NCBI GenBank assembly: GCA_022709425.1
Contig: JAKLIW010000001.1
Span: 17,552 to 81,551, forward strand
From: a bacterium
Lineage (GTDB): Bacteria; UBP6; UBA1177; JAKLFG01
DNA length: 64,000 bases
Direction of reading: 5' to 3'
This document shows positions 1-10,800 of the stretch, piece by piece. Under the pieces are notes generated by a model that saw only the letters and a program-made list of their open reading frames with translations, was not told the DNA's origin and made no database searches. The translations under genes and the position numbers were made by a program. Numbering within the stretch: position 1 is the first letter of the stretch; every line of letters begins with the position of its first letter.

Positions 1-260
1 GTCGGCTGATATTTCATCTCGATGAGACGCTTTTTTTCCTCGACCTTACGCTTAAGAAGCGACTGTATCTCCCGCTGATAGTCGCCAATGAGAGCCTCAT
101 AGCGCAATATTTGGCGCTCTATATAATCATTCTCAAAACGCTGTGCATCAACTACAATGGCCGCATCTTCGGCCGGTCTGGTTTTTGGGGGGGCATCCGC
201 ACCGACAAGCAATGCCGGAAGGATCGCGACCATGATCATGAGTACGGTCCGAACACTCAT
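1..260 (-). CDS. secreted coiled-coil protein, N-terminal part (gene continues beyond window start)
   Basis: Minus-strand ORF with ATG at 258-260 (MSVRTVLMIMVAILPALLVGADAPP... signal peptide), open to the window edge. Its start overlaps the stop of the downstream gene by 4 nt (ATGA coupling). Confidence 0.45.
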   Translation of the reverse strand, partial: MSVRTVLMIMVAILPALLVGADAPPKTRPAEDAAIVVDAQRFENDYIERQILRYEALIGDYQREIQSLLKRKVEEKKRLIEMKYQP

Positions 261-2578
261 TCAAGATTCTCCAGATTCAGGTAGAGCTCCTGTATCTCCA
301 GAGCCATGCGTGTCCGCATTTTATTCAGGGTCTGTGTCGCCTCTTCCTTTTTTTCCCACGCCACGTCGATTATCCCCAGATCCGCCTGCAGGATCAACTC
401 GTCAAAAGTGTTATGCACTTTTGTAATATTCGAGAGCATCGCCAATGATGCCGCCTCGTTCGTTTCTCGCTTCAGAAGAGCAAGCTGGCTTTTGTATTCT
501 TCTATTTTTATCTTTTCGCTCTCAAAAGAATCTCGTATGTTTTGTATGATGCCGCCGATTACCTCATTAAGTTTGGCATTGAATCCTTCGACCTTCCGCG
601 AGAGCTCCTCTATGCTCGCCGACGCCTGATCGAATTGTTCGCGCTGGAGTGATGACTGCATCGGTGCGACCTTCAAGAGCGCATCCTGTTCTGAAACGAT
701 TTTATTGTAAGAGTCGCGCGCTATGATCATTTGCGAGAACATATCGCCGCCCAGCAAAAGGTGATTCTTTTCCGATTCGGTCTCTTGCTTGAACTGTATT
801 ATCTGTTCCAAGAACTTCAGCACCCGACTTTTTTCTTGCTCGATCTTTTCGACGATACGCTGATCGGTGTTACCGGACTGCGTCGTGCTTCTCAAATAAT
901 AGGTCGCTATCGAATCAAGCTGGTCATGCAACGAACGCATCTGTAACGAAGCACGATGTATCTCCTCTTCCAACGCCAATATCTGTTCGGCGTACCGAGT
1001 GACCGTCGCCTCAAGTTCTTGGCTTGAGCGAGGCAGCAGTTCTTGCAGTTTTTTCTGTAATTCTTGTTTGCCCTTGTCGATTTCACGGTAGCGGTTCTTC
1101 TCTTTTTCCGGCAAGGCATTTAACGTGAGCTCGGCACGTATGGTCAGAAGATCATCGCGTAAACGAAGCAATCGATTTTGAAAAGAAAGGACCCTTTCGG
1201 TGCCCTCCTTAAGCGGAGGAAATATCGCTGCGGCATTTTTGTTGCCGATGATGGTATTCAGTTTGTTCTCTAGTTTCGCCACTTGTTCCAGTTCCAACTC
1301 TATCCCTTTTAGGTCATCCTGCAAGCGAACCGCATGGGAGAACTTCTTATTGTCTTTGAGGAGAGATCGAACTAATGGGGAATAAACGGAAAACTGGACG
1401 TTCTCGGCAGAATCCTCTCCGTCGAAAACCGTCCGTCCACTCTTTTCCAGAGTGCTCAGTTGTTCGCGAATATCGACATACTCCTTGACTATCTTATTGA
1501 AAAGGACCATCGCATCGCCGTACTTGCGCAACTTGACAAGAAGATTTCCCTCCAACAATTCAGCCTGTGGAACTACGATGGATCCGGGCGCGATGTATTT
1601 TATGAGGCGCAATGCCTCCAGCGCTTTTTCGAATTGTTCCCTCTTGATATAGGCCCAACAGAGTTCGAAATATGCCTCGGCAAAAAGATCTGAACTGCGA
1701 TCCAGCTTCAGGTAATAATCGGTTGCGCCGGTAAAATCACCTTTTTCAAACAGCAATCGGCCCAAGGCAAGGATCGATAGGTTTCGTACCGCCTGGTATT
1801 TAAAGTAGGACGTGCTCGAAGGCAGATCTATCACCTCTTTGAATAAGGGAATCGCCTTATCGATATCGGCAAGCTGTATGTTGATAACCCCGAGAAAGTA
1901 TAAACTCTGAGGATAGTATAACCCCTCTTTTTTGATCGTCTGAAATATCTCCCGAGCCTCGTCATACTGCCTATCGAAGAAAAGAGACTTCCCTAGGAAA
2001 TAGACGAGATCCTGATCACGGGTCATATCGTATCCAATACTCACAAACTCGGAATAATAGGTTTTTGCCTTCGAATACTCGCCGAGATAATAGGCCGCAG
2101 ATATGAGACGCTTCAACGCTTCTACCTGAAACCGGGAATAAGGCTTATCGGTGAGCAGTATCTCGTAGTAGCGCGCAGCAGAAATATAATTGTTGTTGAG
2201 GAAAAGAGATTCGGCAAGTTTGAATATCGCCTCTTCCCAAATAAAGTCTTTTTCTTTGCGCGTGCTGAATAAAGAATAATAGATACCGCCGGAGGAAATA
2301 TAGTCCTTGCGCTGAAAATAATAATCACCCTTCTCTAATTTCTTCGCCGGGGATTCAGTATACTCGCGATTCATAGTAAGCGGAGAAAGATAGCGACCTT
2401 CCGCCCCCATGAAGTCCTCTCGAAGGGAGGAGAGTTCGCGATTAATTGTCTCCATGCGTTTTTCGAAGGAAGAAACGCCTTGCGCGGTAGGTTGCTGCGC
2501 GTACAGCTCAGCAACGGTCAACACTATACACAACATCGTGGCGATTAGCCGCGCCGATATGTAGCGGTGTGCTGTCAC
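257..2578 (-). CDS. secreted TPR / coiled-coil protein (773 aa)
   Basis: N-terminal signal peptide (LIATMLCIVLTVAELYAQQ). TPR-like Y/A/L-rich repeats in the central part and a long coiled-coil C-terminal half. Start and stop both overlap neighbouring genes, consistent with an operon. Confidence 0.6.
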   Translation of the reverse strand: MTAHRYISARLIATMLCIVLTVAELYAQQPTAQGVSSFEKRMETINRELSSLREDFMGAEGRYLSPLTMNREYTESPAKKLEKGDYYFQRKDYISSGGIYYSLFSTRKEKDFIWEEAIFKLAESLFLNNNYISAARYYEILLTDKPYSRFQVEALKRLISAAYYLGEYSKAKTYYSEFVSIGYDMTRDQDLVYFLGKSLFFDRQYDEAREIFQTIKKEGLYYPQSLYFLGVINIQLADIDKAIPLFKEVIDLPSSTSYFKYQAVRNLSILALGRLLFEKGDFTGATDYYLKLDRSSDLFAEAYFELCWAYIKREQFEKALEALRLIKYIAPGSIVVPQAELLEGNLLVKLRKYGDAMVLFNKIVKEYVDIREQLSTLEKSGRTVFDGEDSAENVQFSVYSPLVRSLLKDNKKFSHAVRLQDDLKGIELELEQVAKLENKLNTIIGNKNAAAIFPPLKEGTERVLSFQNRLLRLRDDLLTIRAELTLNALPEKEKNRYREIDKGKQELQKKLQELLPRSSQELEATVTRYAEQILALEEEIHRASLQMRSLHDQLDSIATYYLRSTTQSGNTDQRIVEKIEQEKSRVLKFLEQIIQFKQETESEKNHLLLGGDMFSQMIIARDSYNKIVSEQDALLKVAPMQSSLQREQFDQASASIEELSRKVEGFNAKLNEVIGGIIQNIRDSFESEKIKIEEYKSQLALLKRETNEAASLAMLSNITKVHNTFDELILQADLGIIDVAWEKKEEATQTLNKMRTRMALEIQELYLNLENLE

Positions 2579-3315
2579 TTGGCAGTCGGTTGCTGTTTGT
2601 CGGAATCGTCCGCAACAGGCTTCTGCTCGTAAGCCTTTTTGTCGATATCAAAAGAAATATATAGCCGGTTATCGAGCTTCACCAATGATCCTCGATCCAT
2701 CGCAGTGGTCGACACCTCCACCAATTGCCCCTCTTCCACATTAAAAGAGTAGCCCGCTTTCAACTTGAAGGTGTATCCTTCCATGTAGGAAAAGACTCCG
2801 TAGCCCTTGCCGCGGAACACGAGATAGACCGATAGATGGTGCGGCCCCGGCACCACCGATCCGTCAAAAACGGACATTTCCGATTTGAGTTCGGCGACGC
2901 CCCCCTCGACCCATTTATAAATGGGTGCCTCGTCAAGGTAGTAGACCACCGAAATGAGATCAAAGGCATCGCCCACGTCATTGAGGTGAACAACAGATGC
3001 CCGAGCGCCGGCAAGCGCTCCTGAAAGAACGGTCTCCTGAAGTATCGCCAACCGCTGTTTCGCCCTGAATACCTTATCTTTTAGAGAATTTATTTTTTCT
3101 TCTAGGTTTCGCATCTTGAGGTTAAACTCCGAATCGGAACCGGTCTCTTTCTTCACCGCTGTCGAATCATCGTTCGTCACGACCGGCGGAGTTACCGTCT
3201 CTGGTTTGTCAGGTGTTTCTGCCTGTGGCATAGGCTCCTGCGCCATTATCAACGAAGGGAGAAGAAGGAATAATATCAGAAGTATCGGCATCGGAAATGT
3301 CTTGCTCATGAGCAA
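2575..3315 (-). CDS. secreted hypothetical protein (246 aa)
   Basis: Signal peptide (ILLILFLLLPSLIMAQEP), Pro/Thr-rich linker and a short coiled-coil. No recognisable catalytic motif. Confidence 0.45.
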   Translation of the reverse strand: MLMSKTFPMPILLILFLLLPSLIMAQEPMPQAETPDKPETVTPPVVTNDDSTAVKKETGSDSEFNLKMRNLEEKINSLKDKVFRAKQRLAILQETVLSGALAGARASVVHLNDVGDAFDLISVVYYLDEAPIYKWVEGGVAELKSEMSVFDGSVVPGPHHLSVYLVFRGKGYGVFSYMEGYTFKLKAGYSFNVEEGQLVEVSTTAMDRGSLVKLDNRLYISFDIDKKAYEQKPVADDSDKQQPTAK

Positions 3316-3368
3316 ACCTCGAAAAATCCGGCCTACTATATATTATGAGACAAATGAAATCAATTTTT

Positions 3369-4187
3369 TTACACGTGCTCTATGGCAACAAGCGGGCGCT
3401 CTAGAAACAACTCTCCGGTGCGCCGGAAGGTCTCTGCGGAATCGGTAACAAAAAAACGCTCTTCACCCGATTTGTGGGATTCGTTTGCCACATGCCGTTC
3501 CGACAATATCTTTTTTAATTCCCGAGCCGTGTAATACGCCGAATCCATAATGCGTACGCGATGACCAAAATAATAATCAATCGGGCGCAGCAGGAGAGGG
3601 TAATGGGTGCAACCAAGGATAAGGGTGTCAATCTCGGCCCGCTTTAATCCCGAAAGATAATAATCCACCGCCTGCATGGTCAAAGGATGATCCACGATTC
3701 CTTCCTCGACCAAGGGGACGAAAAGAGGACAATGCTGTGCGAAAACCTCCACCCGCATATGCTCCAAGATCGCCCGTTGATAGGCATTGCTGTGGATGGT
3801 GGTCGCGGTGCCGATTATGCCTACCTTTTTCACCTGATCAAGCTTGATAAGATTTTCGACGACCGGCTGTATTACTCCAAGGATCAAAAGATCAGGGAAA
3901 CACTCATGAAGGTATGCTATCGCCGCTGCCGAAGCGGTATTGCAAGCAACGACCACCACTTTGACGCCTTTTTCGATAAGAAATCGAACGTTTATCTCGG
4001 AATACTGCTTGATGACCTCCGGCGACTTGGTACCATAGGGAACCCGCGCCGTATCGCCAAGATAGATCAGATGTTCATGGGGCAGTACCTTGCGGATCTC
4101 CTTGAAGACGGTCAATCCGCCGATACCAGAATCAAAGATACCGATAGGGCGCTCATTGAAAACAACTTCTTTCTTCTGCTTGATCAT
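3369..4187 (-). CDS. murI: glutamate racemase
   Basis: Contains GIFDSGIGGLTV and the VVACNTASAAAI active-site Cys motif, then a second GCTHYPLL half-site. Length 272 aa, typical of MurI. Confidence 0.85.
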   Translation of the reverse strand: MIKQKKEVVFNERPIGIFDSGIGGLTVFKEIRKVLPHEHLIYLGDTARVPYGTKSPEVIKQYSEINVRFLIEKGVKVVVVACNTASAAAIAYLHECFPDLLILGVIQPVVENLIKLDQVKKVGIIGTATTIHSNAYQRAILEHMRVEVFAQHCPLFVPLVEEGIVDHPLTMQAVDYYLSGLKRAEIDTLILGCTHYPLLLRPIDYYFGHRVRIMDSAYYTARELKKILSERHVANESHKSGEERFFVTDSAETFRRTGELFLERPLVAIEHV

Positions 4188-4230
4188 ATCGTGCTGTTCT
4201 TCTTCAGAGAATAAACCGGCAAAAACAGGA

Positions 4231-4845
4231 TCAGATGCCGAAAGAGTACTTCATGTAGGGCATCACCGTGAGCCCCATGCCGTCGAAACTAAGAATATAA
4301 TCGAATTTGACGGTCATGCCGATCGAGAAGTGACGGGTGAAGGTGTAGTACTCGGCATCGATACCGGCGCCGATCATAATGAACATGTCCGTTTCCTTAC
4401 CGTCCACATCTTTCGCTTTCCCCATGAGGAGAAAGTCGGCGCCGACATCCAGACCGATCTCCCAGCGTTTGTTGATGCAGTAGGTCGGACTGATACTCAG
4501 GCCCGCAAGGACCGGGGCATAATCCTCGACCCACGGAGAAACCGACAGGGAGGAATCGGTGTTAAGTTGCAGGATACCGAATTTCCCATGTATCCCCAAC
4601 GAAAAAGCATCGACTATCTGGATGTCGTAGCCAAAAGCAAGATTCACAACCGATCCGATCGGGTCGGAATAGTCGGCGGCGTTCCCGAAAATGACGAACA
4701 TGCCGCCCGACATCGTCGAACTCAAGCCCTTAAGTACCGGCTCAAGGTCGTTGCCCGAAGCGTCTCCCACAGTCTCTTCTTCTGCTTCGGCCGCCCAAAG
4801 TACCGACGCCCCAAGAAGGAGCAGAATAACCAACAGTTTCTTCAT
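4231..4845 (-). CDS. small outer-membrane beta-barrel protein (GltH/NfsH-like, 204 aa)
   Basis: Signal peptide (LLLLGASVLWAAEA), alternating hydrophobic beta-strand pattern and an aromatic C-terminus (KYSFGI). Size and position after the AgmX-like gene match GltH/NfsH. Confidence 0.5.
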   Translation of the reverse strand: MKKLLVILLLLGASVLWAAEAEEETVGDASGNDLEPVLKGLSSTMSGGMFVIFGNAADYSDPIGSVVNLAFGYDIQIVDAFSLGIHGKFGILQLNTDSSLSVSPWVEDYAPVLAGLSISPTYCINKRWEIGLDVGADFLLMGKAKDVDGKETDMFIMIGAGIDAEYYTFTRHFSIGMTVKFDYILSFDGMGLTVMPYMKYSFGI

Positions 4846-4860
4846 GCCGATACTCCTCCC

Positions 4861-6276
4861 TTATCCTTCCGAGTGCTTGAAGACGAACGGATAGTTGACG
4901 ATAACGATACCGCCACCCTTTGGCGCTGGGAACCGGATCTTTTTGATCTGGTCCGCAACGCAACCCTCAACGTTCTCGTTCCCCATCGTGGAGCGCTGAA
5001 CCTTCGAACTGGAAACCTGCCCCGTCTTCGAGATGATGAAGTTGATGACTATCTTACCAAAAAGTTTTGGATCCTTGTTGAGTTCCTTTTCATAGCACCA
5101 ACGAATCTTGGCAAGGTTACGCTTGATATAGGCGTCGATGACCGCGCGATCGAGCGCGCCCATGATGACCGCCTGTCCGCCGCCTGCAGTAATAGCCGAG
5201 AGACCCTTACCGCCGATGCGGCCAGCCGCCATACCGTAGCCCATACCGCCCATACCGCCGCCGCCCCTCCCGCGGGTGCCCAAACCGCCGATACCGAGCG
5301 CATTTCCGCCGCCGCCGGTACCGAAACCTCTGGTCCCCAGACCACCGGAGCCGAACTGGTCGACGCCACTGATGCCGGTGACCGAGCCAAGAGTCTTATC
5401 CATGCCGGCACCCAGACCACCGCCGCCGAATATACGGTCAAAACTGGCCGCACCCGAAGAAAGAGCGCCCATGACGCCCGAACTCTGCGCGACCTTCTCA
5501 TCTAGGCCACGGCGGGCGGAACCCTGCGCATTGGCCACACGGCTCTTCTTGTCACCCACGCGCCCCTCTTCGCCAAGAGATTTTCTTTGCTGGGTGGCCT
5601 CGACCAATCCCTCTTTGGGCTTCTCGAGCTTGACCTTCTTTTCTTTCTCTAGATCCTCAACCTGAACATCATCCTGATTGCTTACGATCATGTTCGCAAA
5701 GCGGTTGTCGATCTCGAATATGTCGACCTCTATGGGCGGCGTTTCAACGATCATGTTCATGATGAAGAAACCGATGATAAAAGTGACCAACATTATGAGA
5801 ACCGAGGTCATCTCGCGATTCTCGATGAGCCCTGCCGGTTTCAGTTTTTCATGCGGGGTTTTCAATGCAACAACGGAAATATCACCAAACTCGAGAACGG
5901 CAAAATTATCAGCACCTATTTCGTAGCTTTTTTTCGCCAGAACCGTAGCAATATCCTTCTTTTCTTTTTTCTCTACGACATATCCCTTGAACCCCTCCTT
6001 GAGATTCAAGGTCATTTGATCGCCGACAACACTAATAAGTTCGAACGAATCCTCAGGGAAGGCACTCTCGTCGAACATAAGGTCGACCTTTTTTGGGTCG
6101 GTAGAAGAACCGACCACATACGCTTTCGTAACAACTCTACTCTCTCGCAAAGTGTTCGGCTTGAAGACGACCCTCACTTCCGGATCAAGCTTGCCGGAGA
6201 ACCCCTCGTTCACTGGGGGACGAGGAATCGGGGAGAGATCGTACAGCAGCCTTTTCTTCACATTCTCATTCGGCAT
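4861..6276 (-). CDS. AgmX/PglI (GltG/NfsG)-like TonB-family protein
   Basis: Single TM (VLIMLVTFIIGFFIMNMIV), a long Gly-rich segment (GGGGMGGMGYG...), and a C-terminus AVIDAYIKRNLAKIRWCYEKELNKDPKLFGKIVINF matching the AgmX/PglI C-terminal (TonB-C-like) signature. Confidence 0.7.
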   Translation of the reverse strand: MPNENVKKRLLYDLSPIPRPPVNEGFSGKLDPEVRVVFKPNTLRESRVVTKAYVVGSSTDPKKVDLMFDESAFPEDSFELISVVGDQMTLNLKEGFKGYVVEKKEKKDIATVLAKKSYEIGADNFAVLEFGDISVVALKTPHEKLKPAGLIENREMTSVLIMLVTFIIGFFIMNMIVETPPIEVDIFEIDNRFANMIVSNQDDVQVEDLEKEKKVKLEKPKEGLVEATQQRKSLGEEGRVGDKKSRVANAQGSARRGLDEKVAQSSGVMGALSSGAASFDRIFGGGGLGAGMDKTLGSVTGISGVDQFGSGGLGTRGFGTGGGGNALGIGGLGTRGRGGGGMGGMGYGMAAGRIGGKGLSAITAGGGQAVIMGALDRAVIDAYIKRNLAKIRWCYEKELNKDPKLFGKIVINFIISKTGQVSSSKVQRSTMGNENVEGCVADQIKKIRFPAPKGGGIVIVNYPFVFKHSEG

Positions 6277-6321
6277 AACACGGGCCCCATTTATGCGGTT
6301 GTTGATATACGACCATCATAG

Positions 6322-6615
6322 TTATTTAAGTACATCCACCGATTTTACCAGTTCCTTGTTGAAATCCTTTTTCAGGTTGATGAGTGAATTGAATTTTGTT
6401 TTGGTACGATCCATCAAGAAAGATCCGGAAGGCTTCTTTATCTGCCCTTCCAACATGACATCTTCGAAGTCAATGACCGTTTTTTGACGATAGACGACCT
6501 TTCTTCCCTCTGCGTCCATTTCTCCCGTGTCGGTTGCGGCGGCGGCGCCTTCTTCCTGAGCATAGGCCCCGAACGCCCCCAGCACGAGGACCAATACGAA
6601 GAAGAGTTTTCTCAT
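6322..6615 (-). CDS. small secreted protein (GltF/NfsF-like position)
   Basis: 97 aa with signal peptide MRKLFFVLVLVLGAFGAYAQ. Lies between the TPR and AgmX-like genes, as gltF/nfsF does. Confidence 0.45.
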   Translation of the reverse strand: MRKLFFVLVLVLGAFGAYAQEEGAAAATDTGEMDAEGRKVVYRQKTVIDFEDVMLEGQIKKPSGSFLMDRTKTKFNSLINLKKDFNKELVKSVDVLK

Positions 6616-6633
6616 GAGTTCCTCCTTTTGGGT

Positions 6634-7815
6634 TTAGTTCTGTGGTGCCTGTTCATCATCTGAAGGCCGAATCTTTACCTTGTCGGCGATATATTTATGA
6701 ACAATATGATCCTGTCCGATATCGCCGCCTATACTGAGATACTTTCTGAAAAGACTCTGCGCTTCCACCTTTTTGTTAAGATGGTCGTGATACAGTACGC
6801 CCAGATTAAAAACCGCAAGCGGGTTATTCGGATCCTTGTCAAGCACCTTCTTATATTCCGCTTCTGCTTCGGTAAAGTTGCCCATTCCACGATGAGCGAG
6901 CGCAAGACCGACGCGCGCATCCATATTGTCGGGATCCTGCGCAAGAACTATCGAAAAGTGTTGGAAAGCGCGTTCCGCATCGCCGTAAGACATGGCCATT
7001 GAGCCAACATTGAAGTTAGCCGCCTTATTGGCTTGGTCATTGTTGATCGCGCTGGTGTAGTAGAACATCGCGAGCGAATCGTCATTCTGATAGTGGAATA
7101 TTACTCCGCGGTTGTTCGAGATACCGGCATCGTTGGGATTCAGATTATAGGAGTTGGTCGTAACCATGTTCGCCAGACCGGTGTCTTTTTTGATCAGGTA
7201 GATCATGCCGAGGTTTTTGAGCGCGTCGACATTGGAAGGCTCCTGAATGAGTATCTTGCGGACCGACTCGATCGCCTTAAGAAAGTCGAGTTTCTTCAGA
7301 TAAAAACCGGCAACGGCTGAAAGAACCGCTTTATCCTTGGGGTTCTCCTCTAGGAATTTCTCACACACATCTATAGCGCGGTTGTATTCGAGTTTATTGG
7401 CGTAGATGGCCGCCTTGTTGATAACGGGACGCGCATAGGCCGGCTCTATCTGAAGTGCGGCGTTGTAGTTTTTCACCGCATTCTCGTCATCGCCCATCTG
7501 CTGATAAGCTAACCCCAGATTGAACCAAACGGTTGAAGACTTCGGATAGGCTTCCGCGGCAAAGGTAAAATGTCTTATGGCACCAGCGAAGTCAGCCTTG
7601 CCCTTTTTAACCTCAAGAGCATCTATCCCTTTTTGAGTGTGAAATTTCGCATATTCCTCGGGAGTGGTGGGGCGATCAGTAATCGAAAGACGCTTCTTTT
7701 CCGGTTCTTTTTTACCGGCATCCGCCTTTGCCTCTTGTGTCGATTTGCAAGACACCGCCAAAAAGAAAATCGCCAACACAATGGCTGCAAACAGGGTCGT
7801 TCTTTTCATCATCAT
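6634..7815 (-). CDS. TPR-repeat lipoprotein (GltE/NfsE-like)
   Basis: Lipobox (FFLAVSC) after MMMKRTTLF. Multiple TPR motifs (AYQQMGDDENAVKNYNAALQIEP, etc.). Confidence 0.6.
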   Translation of the reverse strand: MMMKRTTLFAAIVLAIFFLAVSCKSTQEAKADAGKKEPEKKRLSITDRPTTPEEYAKFHTQKGIDALEVKKGKADFAGAIRHFTFAAEAYPKSSTVWFNLGLAYQQMGDDENAVKNYNAALQIEPAYARPVINKAAIYANKLEYNRAIDVCEKFLEENPKDKAVLSAVAGFYLKKLDFLKAIESVRKILIQEPSNVDALKNLGMIYLIKKDTGLANMVTTNSYNLNPNDAGISNNRGVIFHYQNDDSLAMFYYTSAINNDQANKAANFNVGSMAMSYGDAERAFQHFSIVLAQDPDNMDARVGLALAHRGMGNFTEAEAEYKKVLDKDPNNPLAVFNLGVLYHDHLNKKVEAQSLFRKYLSIGGDIGQDHIVHKYIADKVKIRPSDDEQAPQN

Positions 7816-7828
7816 ATGCGCTCTCCCT

Positions 7829-10800
7829 TTAATTCGTCGCTGGGGTCGCCGATTGGGCCGCACCAGCAGGCGCGGCGGCGGGAGCGGTGTGTTCGCTACC
7901 CGACATCTTTCGCATGATATCTTTTTTCTCCTCGTCGGTTATTGCCGGGAACTTGATATCCATATCGACACGACCGATGAGAGAGGAGGTCTCTATCATG
8001 TTGGCACCGGGTACTATCTCGTTTTCATCGTAATATTTACCCGGACGAAGCTCTTGGAAGTTGCGCAATTCGTATTTTGCTTTCTTGACCCAGTCGTTAT
8101 ACACCGAGGTCTCATAACCCTTGAGCATCGCTTTTTCAAGAGCCTCGACCGCCTTCTGGCGCGCATTGAGCGCCTTTTCGTCGAGCATGTTCTTATAGAC
8201 GATCTTCTGGTTCTCATTGAGCCACGGCGGAAGCGGCGCGCTGAACATCTTGTCGGTCATATCGCGGTACATAGCGCCGATGTAGTACAAACTCGCCGGG
8301 GTAAGGCGGGGCGATTTGGTCTGCTCGATGATCTGCATGTAACGCTGTTCCAACTCGACAAGCATTTCTGCTTTCTTGGTCAGACGATCGGTAGTCTCCT
8401 TGTTGAAGGTGTCCATTTCCTTCTTGATGTTCTTGGGAACCGTCGATTCGTCGGCATAGTTTATCTCTTCAGGCTTGTATTTGATGGTCTTGTCGTACTT
8501 GACATTGAGATCTATCGCCATGAACTCCTTGAACTTCGCTTCGGTTTCGACCAACAATGCCTCCGCGATGGTATCCCGGGTCGATTCGGCAAAATCTTCT
8601 TTTTCTTTGAATTGACCATTTTTGTAAAGTTGAAGAATAGCGTCCATGTTCTTGTAATAGTCTTCGTTCTTTGCCTCCTCCTTAGCCATTTTAGCGAGAG
8701 AAGCATACAGCGCGAAGATGGTATTAAGGTCACCTTTGGACACATCAACCGACGAGGCATCTTCTTTGCCCGTCAGTTTTCCTGTCTTGTCGATATAGCG
8801 ATAATCCTTCAATCCTTTGATGGTTGTATAATCAGCAACGAAACGGTCGAAGCCTTTGCGCGCCTTATCATAGTAGGTTTTCCCTTTGCGCATCCAGATA
8901 TAGCCGAATTGAAGCGCGATCTTTGCCTTGTCCTTATCTTCCTTGGCGTGCTTGTCGATGTAGAGCTTATAATTATCAAGCGCCTTTTCTGTGTCGCCAA
9001 GCGCCTCATAAAGAACCGCCGCATTGTAGATGGCATCACCGGCGCTTTTGTGTTGCGCTGCCTTCGCGGCGAAATCGATATAGAGCTCGGCCGCCTTATC
9101 GTAGTAAGCGATCGCCTCGTAGTTCTTTGCAAGACCGAACATGATATCGTTGCGCAGTTTCGATTCCTTGTATAGTTTGCCCGTCTCACTCAAGAACCGC
9201 TCCTGTACACGGATGGACTTATAAAGATCCTCGCCCTTCGCGTAGTAGTAGATCGCGTTGTTGAGGGACACATCATTGAACTTTGAGGCCGGGAACTCGG
9301 TCACGAAAGCAATATAGCGTTCCGCCGAATCTATGGCCTTTCCGTTCTGGGCCGGGAGTTCCGCAGCGTAGAAGGAGGCCATCTCTTTGAACTTCTCAAG
9401 GTCGTCCTTAAGACGATTGCGCCCCGAGATAAGCGCTGAATTGCGGAGCATCTCGCGCGCCTTGTTGCTGATCGCTTCCCAATCCTCGGTGATGTTGAGT
9501 GAATCCATGATGAGATCGGCAGAAAATACGGCAAGCTCCTCACGGGGATACTTTTGAACTATCATTTCGAAAACCGGAACCGATTCCTGATAGTGATTGA
9601 AGGCATAGTAAGTAATAGCCTGCTTATAAATGATGTCAACAAGGTATTTGGAGCGCGGAATGTTCTTGATATAAGTCTCGCAGGCTTTGATAAATTTCTG
9701 CTCAAGTTCGGGTATCGGCTTGGGCTGATATTCAGGCGGGATGCCCTTTTTCTGAGTCACTCCTTTACCCTGGCCGGCAATGGTAACCCTGTTCTGATCG
9801 ATGGCGGTTTCGCCCGCCTTCTTCTTATCGGCCATGTTCTGTTTGATCTCAGCGTTACGCTTGTCCTGCGATTCTTTTAACAGCATACCGAACGCCGAAA
9901 CAGCACCATAGGATGCGTCCTCGAAGTGGGATCCTTTCGGATTAAGGTCGGCGACCACCTGATATTCGTCACCGGCTTGCGCATATTTTTTCTTTTCCCA
10001 GAGGAACTCGGCATAATTGAAGCGGATGTCGTAGGATGCCTCCGACTTGGGATAATATTTGAGATATTTAGGATAGAGCTCTTCGACCACCTTCCAAGTA
10101 TTCTCGGCCTGAGTCTTACGCGCCTCATTGTGATACTCGACCAACAGTATGCGAAGATTCGCCTCGGCGGTCTGCATGGCGCTTTCCACAGAAGTAGCGT
10201 CTTTTGCCGCATTCGCTTTGGCCCAGGAGGAATCCTTGTTACCGTACTTTTCGACGAGGACAAGGATCTCAAGGCGGACATTGTCCTTCATGTTGAGTTT
10301 CTTGTAGCACTCGACGATCTGTTTCTGCCACTGAGGACCTTCCGGGGCGTTCGGGACCTCACTAATGAGTTTGCGGTATATCTTGATCGCCTCTTCATTC
10401 TTATCCTGCTCGAAGTAAATGCCGGCAAGTTTGATAAGAACCATAATGAAGTATTTTTGTTCTTTGACGATGGTCTTAAAGTACTTTTCTGCGTCATCGA
10501 CATTTCCCGCTTCGGCATAGGGCGTAACCATGTCTTTGAGCGCTTCTTCCTTGATCTCGACCTTGTTGAACTTCATCGAGTACTCGACGACGCTATGAAA
10601 GACCTTGATCGATTCTTCATACTCGCCGACATTGTAAAGACACCAAGCATATTTATAAAGCGCATAACCGAAGAAGGGGTTGCTCGGATAGTTGTCAATG
10701 ATCGCCTTGTAGGCAGGCATCGCCTTGAACACGTTGTTGTTGTTGAAAAAATATTCGGCCATTTCATAAAAGGAGTCGGCCGCATACTTGGAGTTCTTAT